From contig JALJEE010001175.1 of the NCBI GenBank assembly GCA_023231475.1, positions 62,001-85,278 on the forward strand: a DNA stretch of 23,278 bases, written 5' to 3'. Position numbers and translations under genes: made by a program. Shown piece by piece: positions 21,820-23,278 of the stretch; the first letter of the stretch is position 1; the number at the start of each line of letters is the position of its first letter. The notes beneath the pieces were generated by a model. That model was not told the DNA's origin. It was given only the letters and a program-made list of their open reading frames with translations, and ran no database searches. The stretch is from Seison nebaliae. Lineage: Eukaryota.

Positions 21820-22595
21820 AATTTAAGCGGCATTCTCGAGGAGAATCTTCAGAACGCTAGACTGATTTGTTTCTATCAGGCTCTTGGCATAGTTTAAGGT
21901 GGGTTCCTGTTCATCACGTAACCGCAACACTGATGAGAACGAGAAGATGAACTCATGTAATTCAGTAGAAAGAGGTAAGTGGTTTATCGAATAATATACG
22001 AGGGTGTGAAAAAAGATGGAATGATTCGATGTGATACAGCGTTGAATGAAAGATGAGATGTCGGGGAAGAGCCCCGATGACGAATAGTTGTCCAGGACGC
22101 GGAAAATGCGTGGACAATATAAAATAGGAAATACCCGTGACTGCGAAAATAAGATTCCGATTAATTCTTCGGATGCAGTCGACGGACGATGTTGTTGTAA
22201 GTTCGGTCCATTCTGAGGAATGAGCTGTTGGAGACGAATAATAATGAATCGAGTCCATATAATGGGAGGACAAATGAAGAGAAAACACGAATTCGGATTG
22301 AGAGTTGAAGATACTTTAATCGTATTGCGAATGAGAATTATACACGGACGAATTTATTTCGGATGTGATCGAGTGAGGCGGATGTCATCATTTTGGAATC
22401 GAGAAGAACTCCTAGGAACGTATGATTTAAGGCAGGAGAAAGAGAGATATTCCTCAGGAGAGGAGAACTTAGGATTTCGTCGGATTTATCTTAATTGACA
22501 CTTCCGCCAAGAGAATCTGTGCTCTTTCGCGAATTCGAATACTTATTCGCAAATGTTGAATCTTCAATTTTCTTTCAATTCGACATCGAGAGAGT
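21820..22595 (+). ncRNA. Large structured RNA candidate (family unassigned; telomerase RNA is one hypothesis)
   Basis: At least 12 helices were found by eye, including long-range 21881-21888/22506-22513 and 21894-21906/22482-22494 and a terminal three-way junction at 22521-22595. Many G-U pairs work only on the plus strand. Linkers are purine-rich and there is no credible ORF. Confidence 0.65.
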
Positions 22596-22640
22596 GGAAT
22601 GAACCTTATCCATATCTGAAAAAACAACCAAAAGATAATA

Positions 22641-23278
22641 ATGGATAACTTAGGCGAGCGTTTATCATTGTTAAGAAATGTGCCAACAGTTCTCCAAATA
22701 GGTCTTTTCGAAAATATTATGTTCAAACTTCACCCCTCAATTATACACACCCTTGTGAAAATTTTTACTGATTATTTCCATTTGATAAACTTTTACGGAA
22801 CCTATGACATTCCGGATTTCCCGATAACTTTGTTTCGTCAATTTCACACAGTTTCTACATTGAAAAGGAACGAAACTTTCTCAATAAACCTTCAAATTGG
22901 CAAAAAAAATGTTCCTTACAAATTAAAATTGATTTAAAACCTTACAACAACGTCTATTGAATTTGAATAGGAAATACAAATTATGTACAAAAAATTAAGA
23001 CCTAATTCAGGAATACCTCTACCATTAAACCATGATTGCATTGAAGATTTTAGAAGCAAAATAATGCACCAAATGAAAATTAAAGACCTACGAGTTTATG
23101 AATACTTTATGAAATATGAACAACAATATTTTAAACGAAAACTGAAACATATTTGTGAATGGATGGAAACATGTGTCGAAGATTTCAGAGAAGAAAAATC
23201 TACAGCAATTCACGCAATGGCATTAATTCTAAGGGGAAATGAATGGATCTTAATGAATGATGAACATTCCATTAAAGT
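22641..23278 (+). pseudogene. 5'-truncated, stop-interrupted paralog of the 464-aa USP-like protein; runs off the window
   Basis: VPTVLQIGLF vs VPQVIHMGFF; PDFPITLFRQFHTVSTLKRNETF vs PRFGVYLYRQLFAVPKLKKEGMF; YKLKLI vs YELKAI. After TAA 22935 and TAG 22968 the same frame gives TAIHAMALILRGNEWILMNDEHSI vs TSMHTFSIIFKDKKWWMMNDQYSF. The N-terminal Cys-box half is absent. Confidence 0.75.

Noticed and set aside
21930..21972. CTGATGA as a hammerhead ribozyme core or C/D box
   Set aside because: No stem II closed directly by GAAA and no stem I/III arrangement or terminal C/D stem could be built.
21813..22352. CCCGTAATTTAAGC and ACACGGAC resemble conserved 28S rRNA 5' motifs
   Set aside because: The highly conserved LSU blocks between and after them are absent, and there is no 5.8S or 18S context.
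22197..22490. GTAAGTTCGGT as RNase P CR-I with GTCGGATTTA as CR-V
   Set aside because: P4 pairing is weak and the ACnnnA part of CR-V is missing. Not called, though a covariance-model search should still test it.
21962..22726. ORF-track ORFs 21962-22288(-), 22220-22498(+) and 22469-22726(-)
   Set aside because: No recognisable protein features. They are explained by locally higher GC and overlap with the structured segment or the protease paralog.
16300..23000. Stop-codon reassignment to explain in-frame TAA/TAG/TGA in the protease-like sequences
   Set aside because: PDE1 and the other intact genes contain no internal stops and end in TAA. The interrupted copies also show frameshifts or truncation, consistent with decay.

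Overview
AT-rich, compact-genome eukaryotic (animal-like) DNA with very short (about 43-71 nt) spliceosomal introns, so the ORF track fragments or misses most genes. From left to right: (1) the 5' part of a secreted ependymin-related-like gene on the minus strand (1-255); (2) about 12 kb of mostly non-coding sequence with several candidate alternative first exons; (3) a well-supported 11-exon Ca2+/calmodulin-dependent phosphodiesterase (PDE1) gene (13059-15436); (4) intronless, highly divergent USP/C19-like cysteine protease sequences: one intact 464-aa ORF, one 5'-truncated disrupted paralog at the window end, and possibly a third decayed copy on the minus strand; (5) a MEA1-like ORF; (6) a 12-exon orphan secreted-protein gene on the minus strand; (7) an unannotated ~780-nt, GC-enriched, densely base-paired plus-strand segment (about 21820-22595) behind a TATA box, with a long-range closing helix. 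Segment 7 is the best novelty candidate: a large structured ncRNA, possibly a telomerase RNA with a non-canonical template. Nearly all introns start with GTT instead of GTR. All gene models were spliced by hand and all homologies are from memory of family motifs; no searches or folding programs were run, and the species cannot be determined from this window.
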